This document shows positions 1 to 8,580 of a stretch of DNA of 64,000 nt, one piece after another. Positions within the stretch are counted from its first letter, which is position 1; the number at the start of each line of letters is the position of its first letter. Source of the stretch: Nitrospinales bacterium. GTDB taxonomy: Bacteria > Nitrospinota > Nitrospinia > Nitrospinales > VA-1. Under the pieces are notes generated by a model that saw only the letters and a program-made list of their open reading frames with translations, ran no database searches and was not told the origin of the DNA. A program made the position numbers and the translations under genes. The stretch lies in the NCBI GenBank assembly GCA_965223345.1, contig CBDCWG010000012.1, positions 1,120,001-1,184,000 of the forward strand. Reading direction: 5' to 3'.

Positions 1-272
1 ACGAGGTTGTCCTCGACCGTGACCTGGCAGGCCAGGCGGATGGCGGCGGGTTTTTTCTTGAGCTTTTCGTTTTCGATGTCGTTTCTCGGCGCGACGTTTC
101 CGGAAACGATCTCCACCTTGCAGGAAGTGCACAAACCGCGGCCCCTGCAGTTGAGGATTTTCAGGATGTGCGGGTAGAGGCTCAGTTTGTTGGCGATGGC
201 CGCCTCCCGCAGGTTGGCGCCGGGTTCCACTTTGAGCGTTCGGTTCTGTTTTTCGAATCGGATTTCTAGCAT
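1..272 (-). CDS. 2Fe-2S ferredoxin (partial, runs off the window start; not in the ORF track)
   Basis: Manual translation from ATG at 272: MLEIRFEKQNRTLKVEPGANLREAAIANKLSLYPHILKILNCRGRGLCTSCKVEIVSG...RLACQVTVEDNL. Contains the C-x5-C-x2-C and RLACQ 2Fe-2S motifs. Confidence 0.9.
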   Translation of the reverse strand, partial: MLEIRFEKQNRTLKVEPGANLREAAIANKLSLYPHILKILNCRGRGLCTSCKVEIVSGNVAPRNDIENEKLKKKPAAIRLACQVTVEDNL

Positions 273-598
273 GCTTCTATTTCCACAAAATGATGCAGTT
301 TGCCTTTGCCCCAATAACCGTGAAAGGCGCTCCCCACCGAGTTGCAGGTGGTGTTCATGTGCACGAACTGTTTTTTCCCGTCGTCCGCCTTGTGCACGCC
401 CACCTGGGTGAAGGGCGGGATGACGCCGCCGCAGTTGACGCACACCGTCGAATGTTGCTCACACAGGGTGCGCAGGCATTTTTCGCACACCACGGGATCG
501 AACAGGAAGATCTCCTGGCCTTCGTATTCCAGCACCGTGGGCAGCGTGTCCACGGTTATACCACATTCCAGGCAGACGGGGGCCTCGGTTCGGTTCAT
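266..598 (-). CDS. Small Cys-rich, probably metal-binding hypothetical protein
   Basis: 110 aa with CLEC, CEKC, CVNC plus further Cys/His. The stop overlaps the ferredoxin start. Confidence 0.75.
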   Translation of the reverse strand: MNRTEAPVCLECGITVDTLPTVLEYEGQEIFLFDPVVCEKCLRTLCEQHSTVCVNCGGVIPPFTQVGVHKADDGKKQFVHMNTTCNSVGSAFHGYWGKGKLHHFVEIEAC

Positions 599-657
599 GG
601 CGTCGGGCGTTGCGGTTTCAGATGGATTTTCGATCTCGCATTCTACTTGAAACGGGG

Positions 658-1692
658 TCAGTTGATACAGACTTTTTTCATGTCCTCGAAATTGTCGAGG
701 ACGGCGCCCGCGCCCCGGCAGATGCTGAGGAGGGGTTCGTTGGGGATGTAGACCTTGAGGGTGGTTTTTTCCTCCACCAGCTTGTCCAGGCCGCGGATCA
801 GGGCGCCGCCGCCGGTGAGGTAGATGCCGTTGGAGTGGATGTCCGCGGAAAGCTCCGGCGGCACCTTTTCCAGCGCCCGCAGCACCACGGCGATGATGGT
901 GGAAAGCGGTTCCTTCATCGCTTCTCGGATTTCCTCGTCGTCCACCACTATGGAAGTCGGAACCCCGGTCTTGACGTTGAGCCCCTTGACCTCGGTGGTC
1001 AGTTTTTCCAGCAGGGGGTAGGCGCTGCCCACGGCGATCTTGGTGCGTTCGCCTTCGAACACGCCGATGTTGAGGTGGTGCGCGATGCGCATGTAGCGCA
1101 TGATGGCTTCGTCGATCTCATCGCCCGCCAGCCGCACCGATTCGCCGTAAGCGATGGCGGACAGCGACACCACGGCGACGTCGGTGGTGCCGCCGCCGAT
1201 GTCGATCACCATGTTGCCTTCGGGTTTGTGCGCGGGGATGCCGACGCCGATCGCGGCGGCCATCGGTTCCTCGATCAGGTGCACTTCCCGCACACCGGCC
1301 ATCAGGGAGGCGTCGATCACCGCTTTCTTCTCCACCTGGGTGATGCAGGTGGGGATGCCGACCACCATTTTGGGTTTGAAGAAGCGGTTTTTCTTCAAAA
1401 CTTTTTTGATGAAATAATTGATCATCGTGTTGGTGATGTCGAAATCGGCGATCACCCCGTCCTTCATGGGCCGGATGGTCTCGACGCGCGAATGGGTGCG
1501 GCCGTACATCTGTTTGGCTTCCAGTCCCACCGCCTCGACGTTGCGGCTTTTCACGCCGACGGCCACCACCGAGGGTTCGTCGAGGACGATGCCCTCGTCG
1601 CGGGTATAGATCAAGGTATTGGCGGTTCCCAGGTCCATCGCCAGATCGGATGAGAACCAGCTGAAAACATTGTTCAGGAATTTTCCCATCAT
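658..1692 (-). CDS. mreB: Rod shape-determining protein MreB (actin homolog), orphan copy
   Basis: DLGTANT, IRPMKDGVIADF, EEPMAAAIG, DIGGGTTD and LTGGGAL motifs; N-terminal amphipathic helix. Confidence 0.95.
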   Translation of the reverse strand: MMGKFLNNVFSWFSSDLAMDLGTANTLIYTRDEGIVLDEPSVVAVGVKSRNVEAVGLEAKQMYGRTHSRVETIRPMKDGVIADFDITNTMINYFIKKVLKKNRFFKPKMVVGIPTCITQVEKKAVIDASLMAGVREVHLIEEPMAAAIGVGIPAHKPEGNMVIDIGGGTTDVAVVSLSAIAYGESVRLAGDEIDEAIMRYMRIAHHLNIGVFEGERTKIAVGSAYPLLEKLTTEVKGLNVKTGVPTSIVVDDEEIREAMKEPLSTIIAVVLRALEKVPPELSADIHSNGIYLTGGGALIRGLDKLVEEKTTLKVYIPNEPLLSICRGAGAVLDNFEDMKKVCIN

Positions 1693-3107
1693 GTAGTCAC
1701 TTTGAAGTTGGGAGACGTTCGGCTCCAGGAAAGGCTGATGAGGTCGAGGAGATGGTCGCCGTCATCGGGATAGGTGGACAGGCCCCAGTCCGCCTTGACG
1801 GACATGGGGGCGCCTCCGACGGAAAGAGGCTGGTTGCTGAAGATGTGCTTCAGTTTGTTTTCGATCGCGGCCATCTGTTCGCGATCTTTTTTCAATACCA
1901 TGATCAGAAATGCGGTGTCGGAATATTTGAAGATGTTCTTGGGCGAGGGAATCGCTTTGTTGAAAATGGAAATCATGCCCTTGAGCAGCATGTCTCCGTG
2001 GCGGACACCGTGGGTTTCGTACAGAGCCGGCAGGTTGGTCACCTGCGCGGTCAGAAAGAAGACCGGCTGGCCGTCCAGAAAGATCTTGTCGGCCACCGCC
2101 TGCTGGTGATCGGTCAGGAAGCGGTGGTTGTAGATGCCGGTGATGGGATCGCGGTTGCGATCGACGAGAAGCCGGTCCTTGGTCTCCGCGTAGTAGAGCG
2201 CGGAAGCGGCAGCTTGCGCGATCAGGGACAGTTTGTCCAGATCGGGGAGCGTCAACCCGTCGGTCTTGAGCGAGCCGCAGACGAACACACCCAAAAGTTG
2301 CTGGTTCATGGTGATCGGAACGGCGATGACCGACCCCAGGTTTTCCGGCTGTTCCTTTTCGCTGAACAGCACCGTTTGCGGCGGATGCAGCGCCTTGGTC
2401 AACACGGGAGAGCGGTTCTGCGCGCACGCCCCGGCGAGGCCGGAGCCGATGTTCACTTCCAGCGTGGACAGGTCCTGGTGAAACCCGGTCTGATGCTGAA
2501 CGCGGCCGACCCCTTTGGGGTCGAACCAGAGCACGGCGGCGGCGTTGTGTTCGAGGATGGATTGCGGAATCCGGATCAGTTTTTCCCCGACCGTGTTGCG
2601 GTCGAAACATTCGGCGAGCAGCTGGTTGTAGGCGTTCATCTTGCGGATGGAAGGCCAGGCTCTTCCGCGCCGGTTCGGTTTCTGTTTTTCCTGGTGCAGG
2701 TGCCAGGCCATCTGGTCCGCGAAGCCCGCGAGGATTTTCTGCATTTTCGGTGCGAAGCTGTAGGTCTCCTTGGTGGCCACCGCGAGCACGCCTTCCAGTT
2801 CGTGATGGATCACCGGAACGGCGATGAAACTTTTGAGGTCTTCCTTCTTTTTGTAGATTTCAAGGCGGATGGTGTCCTGATCGAAATGATCCAGCACGAC
2901 GGGTTTCAGCGTCTGCGCCACCTCGCCGATGGGCCCCTGGCCGAAAGGGATTTTCACGCCGGGGATGAAGTTGGAACTCAGGGACAGATGGTTGCGCAGG
3001 TAGAGGGTTTTCTCTTCGTGGTCCGCAGCGAAAAGAGCGGTGGTGAACCCATCGGTGACATTGGTCGTCAGTTCGATGAGATGTGCAAAAATATCGGAGA
3101 TAACCAT
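1689..3107 (-). CDS. Tandem GAF domain protein with C-terminal degenerate GGDEF domain
   Basis: Two GAF-like repeats (GQGPIGEVA...SFIAVP; GSGLAGACA...SVIAVP). DPITGIYNHR marks the GGDEF start, but the active site reads KYSDTAF. 4-nt overlap with mreB. Confidence 0.85.
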   Translation of the reverse strand: MVISDIFAHLIELTTNVTDGFTTALFAADHEEKTLYLRNHLSLSSNFIPGVKIPFGQGPIGEVAQTLKPVVLDHFDQDTIRLEIYKKKEDLKSFIAVPVIHHELEGVLAVATKETYSFAPKMQKILAGFADQMAWHLHQEKQKPNRRGRAWPSIRKMNAYNQLLAECFDRNTVGEKLIRIPQSILEHNAAAVLWFDPKGVGRVQHQTGFHQDLSTLEVNIGSGLAGACAQNRSPVLTKALHPPQTVLFSEKEQPENLGSVIAVPITMNQQLLGVFVCGSLKTDGLTLPDLDKLSLIAQAAASALYYAETKDRLLVDRNRDPITGIYNHRFLTDHQQAVADKIFLDGQPVFFLTAQVTNLPALYETHGVRHGDMLLKGMISIFNKAIPSPKNIFKYSDTAFLIMVLKKDREQMAAIENKLKHIFSNQPLSVGGAPMSVKADWGLSTYPDDGDHLLDLISLSWSRTSPNFKVTT

Positions 3108-3186
3108 GGAAGGGTCGAAAAGAATCGCTCCGGCGCTCGAATGGGACGCACCGCAAAAACCGGGAGGGCCTGGCCACGAAACAAAA

Positions 3187-3633
3187 TCATTGGCCCCTGT
3201 TTTTCAAAAAATCCCGGTAGGCTCGAACTGCGTTTTTGTCCACCGCCTTGGCGGCGACCTCATATTCGTATCCGGAATCCCCGGCGTATTCCCGCACGCG
3301 CACGGCCTGGCAATCGATGTTCCTCTGCTCCCCGTTGTGCGGCGAGCGGAAGGTGACGGCTAACAGATCGTTGTCGATCACCGGGGCGGTGGTGGTGAAA
3401 AACATTCCGTTGGTGGAAAGCTCCCGGATGGTGATTTTATGCGTTTTGTAAAAAAATTCGGTTTCCCGTTCGATGTCCGCGGTTGCGGGGATCGTCACCC
3501 GGGCCCTGCGGCTGCTTCTGCGACCCAGCCCGCTTGCAAACTTGCGTTGAATGATCGCGTCCAGATCCTTCTTGAAGCCTAAGAGATCCTCCGCGGGAAC
3601 GGTCTCTAAGAATGCCAGGATTTTTTTGATCAT
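3187..3633 (-). CDS. PilZ domain protein
   Basis: RRSSRRARV (RxxxR) and ELSTNG (D/NxSxxG-like) motifs. Confidence 0.8.
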   Translation of the reverse strand: MIKKILAFLETVPAEDLLGFKKDLDAIIQRKFASGLGRRSSRRARVTIPATADIERETEFFYKTHKITIRELSTNGMFFTTTAPVIDNDLLAVTFRSPHNGEQRNIDCQAVRVREYAGDSGYEYEVAAKAVDKNAVRAYRDFLKNRGQ

Positions 3634-3723
3634 GGCGTGAACACTCGTGAAACAGAGTGGGCCAACCGGAAAAAAAGAATTGCCTACGCGTGCAGAATCA
3701 GGTTTGGAACCTGTTTGAAAATC

Positions 3724-3752
3724 ATAATATAGTGACGAAAAATCACTGTCAA
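3724..3752 (-). promoter_or_regulatory. sigma70 promoter for the pilZ-GAF-mreB unit, with an inverted repeat in the spacer
   Basis: Minus strand TTGACA-17 bp-TATTAT. AGTGA-N7-TCACT occupies 3731-3747. Confidence 0.7.
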
Positions 3753-3822
3753 TCTTTTATAATGGAATCCAGCTTTCCAATGAAAAAATACGGCAAAGCA
3801 TTGCTTTCTTTCACGAAACTTC

Positions 3823-3851
3823 TTGACAGGATCGGGGGGCGTTACTATACT
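3823..3851 (+). promoter_or_regulatory. sigma70 promoter of tRNA-Val
   Basis: TTGACA-17 bp-TATACT followed by a GC-rich discriminator. Confidence 0.8.
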
Positions 3852-3907
3852 CCCGCATTCCCTCTTGCTCCACAACAATCCGAACGGACCGAGGTTTGAA
3901 CGAGTAA

Positions 3908-3983
3908 GGGCGGATAGCTCAGCTGGAAGAGCACCGGCCTTACAAGCCGGGGGTCACAGGTTCGAGCCCTGTTCCGCCCACCA
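3908..3983 (+). tRNA. tRNA-Val(TAC)
   Basis: GGGCGGA/TCCGCCC acceptor stem, anticodon loop CTTACAA, GGTTCGAG T-loop, encoded CCA. Confidence 0.97.
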
Positions 3984-4061
3984 TATCCGGATTGTTTCTG
4001 ATCGATGGACCTGCATGCGGGTTTTTTGAGAGAGGTCGCGAGGCCGAATGAAGCGCAGGCC

Positions 4062-4090
4062 TTGCAATCCGTCCCGGGTGTCCCTAGAAT
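4062..4090 (+). promoter_or_regulatory. sigma70 promoter of tRNA-Asp
   Basis: TTGCAA-17 bp-TAGAAT, 38 nt upstream of the tRNA. Confidence 0.65.
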
Positions 4091-4128
4091 AACAACACCC
4101 ACCCAGGGCGCAGAGTTGGAAAAAAATC

Positions 4129-4205
4129 GGGGTCGTAGTTCAGTTGGTTAGAACGCTGGCCTGTCACGCCAGAGGTCGCGAGTTCGAGTCTCGTCGGCCC
4201 CGCCA
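4129..4205 (+). tRNA. tRNA-Asp(GTC)
   Basis: GGGGTCG/CGGCCCC acceptor stem, anticodon loop CTGTCAC, GTTCGAG T-loop, encoded CCA. Confidence 0.97.
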
Positions 4206-4215
4206 TTTTCTTCGA

Positions 4216-4252
4216 AGGGTTTACAGGTGTCTTCTGTAAGCCCTGTTTTTTT
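4216..4252 (+). terminator. Rho-independent terminator after tRNA-Asp
   Basis: AGGGTTTACAG...CTGTAAGCCCT stem followed by a T7 tract. Confidence 0.75.
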
Positions 4253-4678
4253 GCCCGGAGTGGAGACCTGCGATCACGCAGTTCGAGTTGCGTGCGAAAT
4301 CCTCTTATAGAGCGATCCTCTCCTCGTATCGCGTGCGGTTTTGTTTTATCCGATAACGAAGGATCCGATTGCGTAGAGGTCCCGCCGTTGATTTTCCCCA
4401 TCCATAGGCTTCCTTGAACTTCTGCCTCCCGTTCCCCAAGCGGTCATCCAGCGTCCATTTGTTTGGTTAAATTTCGTGTGAATTACGCTTGAATGTGTAT
4501 GAAAATGTATACGCTGGGGCGGGGGGATTGATCCGACGTCTTCAGTAAAAGTATTTGAAAGTATGGGGCTTATGAGGTTTTGGGTGTGCCCGCGGGTTGG
4601 CAAGCATCTTGCTTTATTAAAGGAATCCCAATAAAAATTCGTATTTTCAGGGCTTTTTCCCATCGGCCCCTTTCAACC

Positions 4679-6742
4679 ATGACTGAAGAATCGCAATCGT
4701 TTGAACCGGTGCTCTATCCCGAAGCGCCGAGACCCGGAGAGCAAGCTGCGGAGGACATGACGCAGCGGGCGCTGCTGCAGGCGATCGAGCTGGCCAAGGT
4801 GCACCGGCAGCTGGAAATCGACCGGCAGGAGTTGCAGATTGCGGAAGAAAAGATCAAAAGCCTCGCGAAATTCCCCTCGGAAAATCCCAATCCGATTCTG
4901 CGGATCGGACAGGGCGGAAAACTGCTGTACGCCAACCCACCGGCTTTGTCGCTGCTGAGAAAAACCGGCGCGATTCTCGATGATACGGTGACGTTCGAAT
5001 TCGGCGAACTGGCGAGGAAAAGCCTGGCGGAAAAATCCCATCAGGAACTCGAGGTGCAGGTTTCGGACAAAATCTTTTCGCTGGAATTCACGCCCATCGA
5101 AGGCGAAGGCTACGTGAATGTCTATGGACACGACATCACCAAAAGCAAAAATGCCGAGATCGAGTTGTCCATCCAGTACGAACTCGTGAAGATCTTTGCG
5201 GAGTCGGAGTGCCTGGACGAGGCGATGCCGAAAATCCTGCAAACGGTCGGTGAGTTTTTGCAGTGGGATTTGAGTTTCTTTTGGGAACGCAAACCCGATA
5301 CCCAGGTGCTCCGCTGCCGTTCCGGCTGGAATTCGAAGAGCATTGCCGATCTGGACAGCTGGAAGGAGTTCGAGCGGGTGTCGTTGGAAACGGAGTTCGA
5401 AAAGGGCAAGGGGCTTCCCGGACGCATCTGGTCCCAGATGCAGCCCGCCTGGATTCCGGACATCAGCCAGGATGCGAACTTCCCGCGCGCCCCGCATGCC
5501 GATCAACTGGATCTTTGCTCGGGTTATGGTTTCCCCATCTTCTCCAAAACGGGATTTTTTGGCGTGATCGAATTTTTCACGCGCAGGGTCTCGCAGAAAG
5601 AGAGCCCGCATTTCCAGTTCCTGGCGAACCTCGGTTGTCAGATCGGTCAGTTTGCCGAAAGAAAAATCGCACAGGGGGCGGTTCTGACCGAGCGGAAAAA
5701 CCTGTATGCAATGCTGAACAATCTTGCGGTCAGCATGCACGTGGAATCCGGGGACGGGTCGATCCGTTTTGCCAACAAGAAATTCCGGGAAAAGTTCGGC
5801 GACCCGGACCGTCCCGCTTGCCGGGACATGCTGAAGAACCGGTCTCCCCTCGAAGGGGGCTCTTCCCTGCTCGATGCGTTTTCGACGGAAAACCGGTCGT
5901 CCCTGATCTGGAAGGGACCCAATGACTCGGTTTACCTTTCCCTGCAAACCGAGTTTCAGGATCTGGACGGTTCGCCGCTCAACCTGGAAACCTCCATCGA
6001 CATGACCCGGCAGATTCGGGCGGAGAAGCAGCTGCGGGTGTACGCGCGAAAACTGGAGCGCAGCAACAACGAGCTGGAGGATTTCGCATCGATCGCGTCG
6101 CACGATCTCAAGGAACCGTTGAGAAAGATCGTGACGCTGGGTGAGATGCTGAAGGATAAATCCGCCGATCTCGATCCTGTGATCGACGATTGCGTGAACC
6201 GCATGCAGAATGCGGCCAGCCGCATGACCACCTTGATCGAGGATCTCCTGCAATACGCCTGCGTGACCGAGAATCCGGCGCAGACGGAAATGGTGGATCT
6301 CGGCAAGATCGTCGAGCAGGTGCTGGAGACGTTGGAGGTGGCGCTGAAAAAGAGCGGCGGGCAGGTGCATGTGGAAAACCTGCCGACCTTGGAAGTGGAC
6401 CCCACGCAGATGCGGCAACTGCTGCAGAACCTGATCGGCAATGCTCTCAAATACCACCATCCGGAAACGGCGCCCTCCATCCACCTGCGCGGTGTTTGCG
6501 ACGGTGAGGGCGGCTGGGAAATTCAGGTGCAGGATAACGGCATCGGTTTCGAGCAAAAATACGCCGAACGCGTGTTGAAACCGTTCGAGCGGCTGCACGG
6601 CAGGAGCGCCTACGAAGGCAGCGGCATGGGGCTCGCGATCTGCAATAAAATCGTCGCCCGCCACCACGGAACCCTGCGCCTTGAAAGCGAGCCGAAAAAA
6701 GGCTGCAAGGTCATTCTCACCCTTCCCGAAAAACAGCCCTGA
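4679..6742 (+). CDS. Cytoplasmic PAS-GAF-PAS sensor histidine kinase
   Basis: ENPNPILRI/YANP PAS, GKGLPGRIW GAF, ASHDLKEPLR H-box, NLIGNALKY, DNGIGF and GSGMGL boxes. ATG 4679 preferred over the upstream TTG. Confidence 0.9.
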   Translation: MTEESQSFEPVLYPEAPRPGEQAAEDMTQRALLQAIELAKVHRQLEIDRQELQIAEEKIKSLAKFPSENPNPILRIGQGGKLLYANPPALSLLRKTGAILDDTVTFEFGELARKSLAEKSHQELEVQVSDKIFSLEFTPIEGEGYVNVYGHDITKSKNAEIELSIQYELVKIFAESECLDEAMPKILQTVGEFLQWDLSFFWERKPDTQVLRCRSGWNSKSIADLDSWKEFERVSLETEFEKGKGLPGRIWSQMQPAWIPDISQDANFPRAPHADQLDLCSGYGFPIFSKTGFFGVIEFFTRRVSQKESPHFQFLANLGCQIGQFAERKIAQGAVLTERKNLYAMLNNLAVSMHVESGDGSIRFANKKFREKFGDPDRPACRDMLKNRSPLEGGSSLLDAFSTENRSSLIWKGPNDSVYLSLQTEFQDLDGSPLNLETSIDMTRQIRAEKQLRVYARKLERSNNELEDFASIASHDLKEPLRKIVTLGEMLKDKSADLDPVIDDCVNRMQNAASRMTTLIEDLLQYACVTENPAQTEMVDLGKIVEQVLETLEVALKKSGGQVHVENLPTLEVDPTQMRQLLQNLIGNALKYHHPETAPSIHLRGVCDGEGGWEIQVQDNGIGFEQKYAERVLKPFERLHGRSAYEGSGMGLAICNKIVARHHGTLRLESEPKKGCKVILTLPEKQP

Positions 6743-6824
6743 CGCTCGACCGTTTTTCAAGCCAGTTCCGCCCCGTTGTCAGTGCCATCCGGGGCGACCT
6801 CACGATTCGCATTGCAACTAAAAC

Positions 6825-7661
6825 TCAGGAAACGATATTAAGAAGAGCGCCGCGTCGGGGCGGTGGTTCGGACTGAAAGTTTGCGATCAGCTGCAAGGCG
6901 CGCCGGTTTTCACCCGCGCCGGTGGGTTGCGAGGCATTGGTCTCTTGCGGGTTGTCGGCATCGCCAGCGGATGCACTCGATGACGCATCGGCGGGCGGGG
7001 TTTGTCGGCCCACAGCGGCAACGCCGTTGGCGGCGTTGCCGAAACCCCCCGCTGCCTGGGTTTCCTCTCTTTTTTGTGCCTGCAACTCCCTGCGGGCTTC
7101 GGCTTCCATCTGCGCGGCCTGGGCGGCGATCTGGCGATCCTGAGCCGAGGGATTTTTCGGAGCGTTAGCAGCCCGCTTGATGGTCTGGGCTTTGACCAGG
7201 GTGGCTCTGGGATTGCCCGGAACTTTGGAGGTGTCGATCTGCACCTCGCCGCCGATCGCGTAGCGTCGGCCGTCCGGCCCGGTCTGGTATTCGTAGGTGG
7301 GCGGCCCTTTGGCGTACGGTCCGGCGGCGGCTTTGTGGGCCTGCTCGTGCGACCGCACTTCCCGGTCGCGCGAGCGCAGCTGATCCAGAAGCTGCTTTTC
7401 TTCCGGAGTCAGCTCGGTTTCGGTGCGCGGGCGGGCCCGGTTCGCTGCTTTTTCAGAAGACGCCGCTTCGGCGGGCCGGTCTGCTGAAGCCGTTTCGCCG
7501 TTTTCTCCGGCAAGCGCGCTGCCCTTTTGCGAAAGGCTGACCCGGTCCTGCACCCGGCCCGGGTCGCCATTCGGGTTGTTCCTGTCCTCTTCGCATTCGG
7601 CGCAGGGTTTCTCCCGGCCCGTCAGAGTGTGGGTGGCGCCCTGGATGATTTCGATCTTCAT
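6825..7661 (-). CDS. SprA-related (putative metalloprotease-like) family protein
   Basis: RDREVRSHEQAH, YQTGPDGRRYAIGGEV and PSAQD signature. Likely start MKIEII at 7661. Confidence 0.8.
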   Translation of the reverse strand: MKIEIIQGATHTLTGREKPCAECEEDRNNPNGDPGRVQDRVSLSQKGSALAGENGETASADRPAEAASSEKAANRARPRTETELTPEEKQLLDQLRSRDREVRSHEQAHKAAAGPYAKGPPTYEYQTGPDGRRYAIGGEVQIDTSKVPGNPRATLVKAQTIKRAANAPKNPSAQDRQIAAQAAQMEAEARRELQAQKREETQAAGGFGNAANGVAAVGRQTPPADASSSASAGDADNPQETNASQPTGAGENRRALQLIANFQSEPPPRRGALLNIVS

Positions 7662-7718
7662 AATGGGGGTCCGGCCCGTTTTGGCAAGTTCTTTTGGAGC
7701 CCAAATATCCTGATCTCC

Positions 7719-7746
7719 TTTTCGGAGGGAAAGGCTTGCACTTGAG
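7719..7746 (-). promoter_or_regulatory. Candidate sigma28 (FliA) promoter
   Basis: Minus strand CTCAAG-N14-TCCGAAAA, about 60 nt upstream of the SprA-related start. Confidence 0.45.
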
Positions 7747-7817
7747 CGAAAATCCCTCAAAATCCGGTCGATACCGTGCCGCAACGCCCGGCGTTGTGAC
7801 GCAAAATTTTTACAAGG

Positions 7818-7859
7818 CTAACGCGAATCTAACCCATCCCTCGATTTCAGGCTTATAAT
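7818..7859 (+). promoter_or_regulatory. phoBR promoter with CTAAC direct repeats
   Basis: CTAAC at 7818 and 7829 (11-bp period). Perfect TATAAT at 7854-7859 and no consensus -35. Confidence 0.55.
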
Positions 7860-7891
7860 GAAGCGCAAACAATCGAAGGAGGCAAAGCGAT

Positions 7892-8578
7892 ATGGCCGGC
7901 GAAAATATCCTCGTCGTCGAAGATGAAAAAGACATTCAGGAACTGGTGCAATACAATCTCACCAAGGAGAACTACAAGGTCCGCTGCGTTCCCTGCGGCG
8001 AGGACGCCCTTAAGGCCGTGAAAGCCGAGGCTCCGGATCTGATGGTGCTGGATCTCATGCTGCCCGGTGTGGACGGGCTCGAAGTCTGCCGGCGCATCAA
8101 ACAGGATCCGGAAACGGAGCGGATTCCCATCGTCATGCTGACCGCCAAAGGGGAGGAATCGGACATCGTGGCGGGCCTGGAATTGGGGGCCGACGATTAC
8201 GTGACCAAACCGTTCAGCCTGCGCGTATTCATCACGCGGGTGCGTGCGGTGATCCGCAGGAAGAACAGCGGCGAGCGGGATCCGCAGGAGGTTTTGAAAT
8301 TTCCGGACCTGGAAATTCATCCCGGCCGTCACGAGGTGCGGGTGCAGGGCAAAACGGTCGATCTGACCTACACCGAGTTCGGCATCCTGCAGTTTCTGGC
8401 AGGCAGGCCGGGATGGGTGTTCACGCGCTACCAGATCGTCGAGGCGGTGCGCGGTGAAGACTACGCGGTCACCGACCGTTCGGTGGATTTTCAGATCGTC
8501 GGTCTGCGCAAAAAACTGGGACCCGCTTCGGGGCGCATCGAAACGGTTCGGGGAGTGGGTTACCGGTTCAAGGAATAA
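7892..8578 (+). CDS. phoB: PhoB/PhoP-type OmpR-family response regulator
   Basis: VVEDE, LDLMLP, GADDYVTKPF and IETVRGVGY motifs; located next to the pst cluster. Confidence 0.85.
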   Translation: MAGENILVVEDEKDIQELVQYNLTKENYKVRCVPCGEDALKAVKAEAPDLMVLDLMLPGVDGLEVCRRIKQDPETERIPIVMLTAKGEESDIVAGLELGADDYVTKPFSLRVFITRVRAVIRRKNSGERDPQEVLKFPDLEIHPGRHEVRVQGKTVDLTYTEFGILQFLAGRPGWVFTRYQIVEAVRGEDYAVTDRSVDFQIVGLRKKLGPASGRIETVRGVGYRFKE

Positions 8579-8580
8579 TC

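Noticed and set aside
3908..4205. tRNAs as the boundary of an active integrative element or prophage
   Set aside because: No integrase, phage gene or repeated tRNA 3' end was recognised in the window.
3845..4663. Short ORFs across the tRNA region
   Set aside because: They overlap the tRNAs in antisense and show no protein features.
4673..6760. Long antisense or alternative-frame ORFs (e.g. 4673-6760, 8560-10341, 31310-33181, 42705-44741, 45684-47834, 51305-53347, 56146-58320)
   Set aside because: They shadow well-supported genes and have no motifs. This is expected from GC-rich codon bias.
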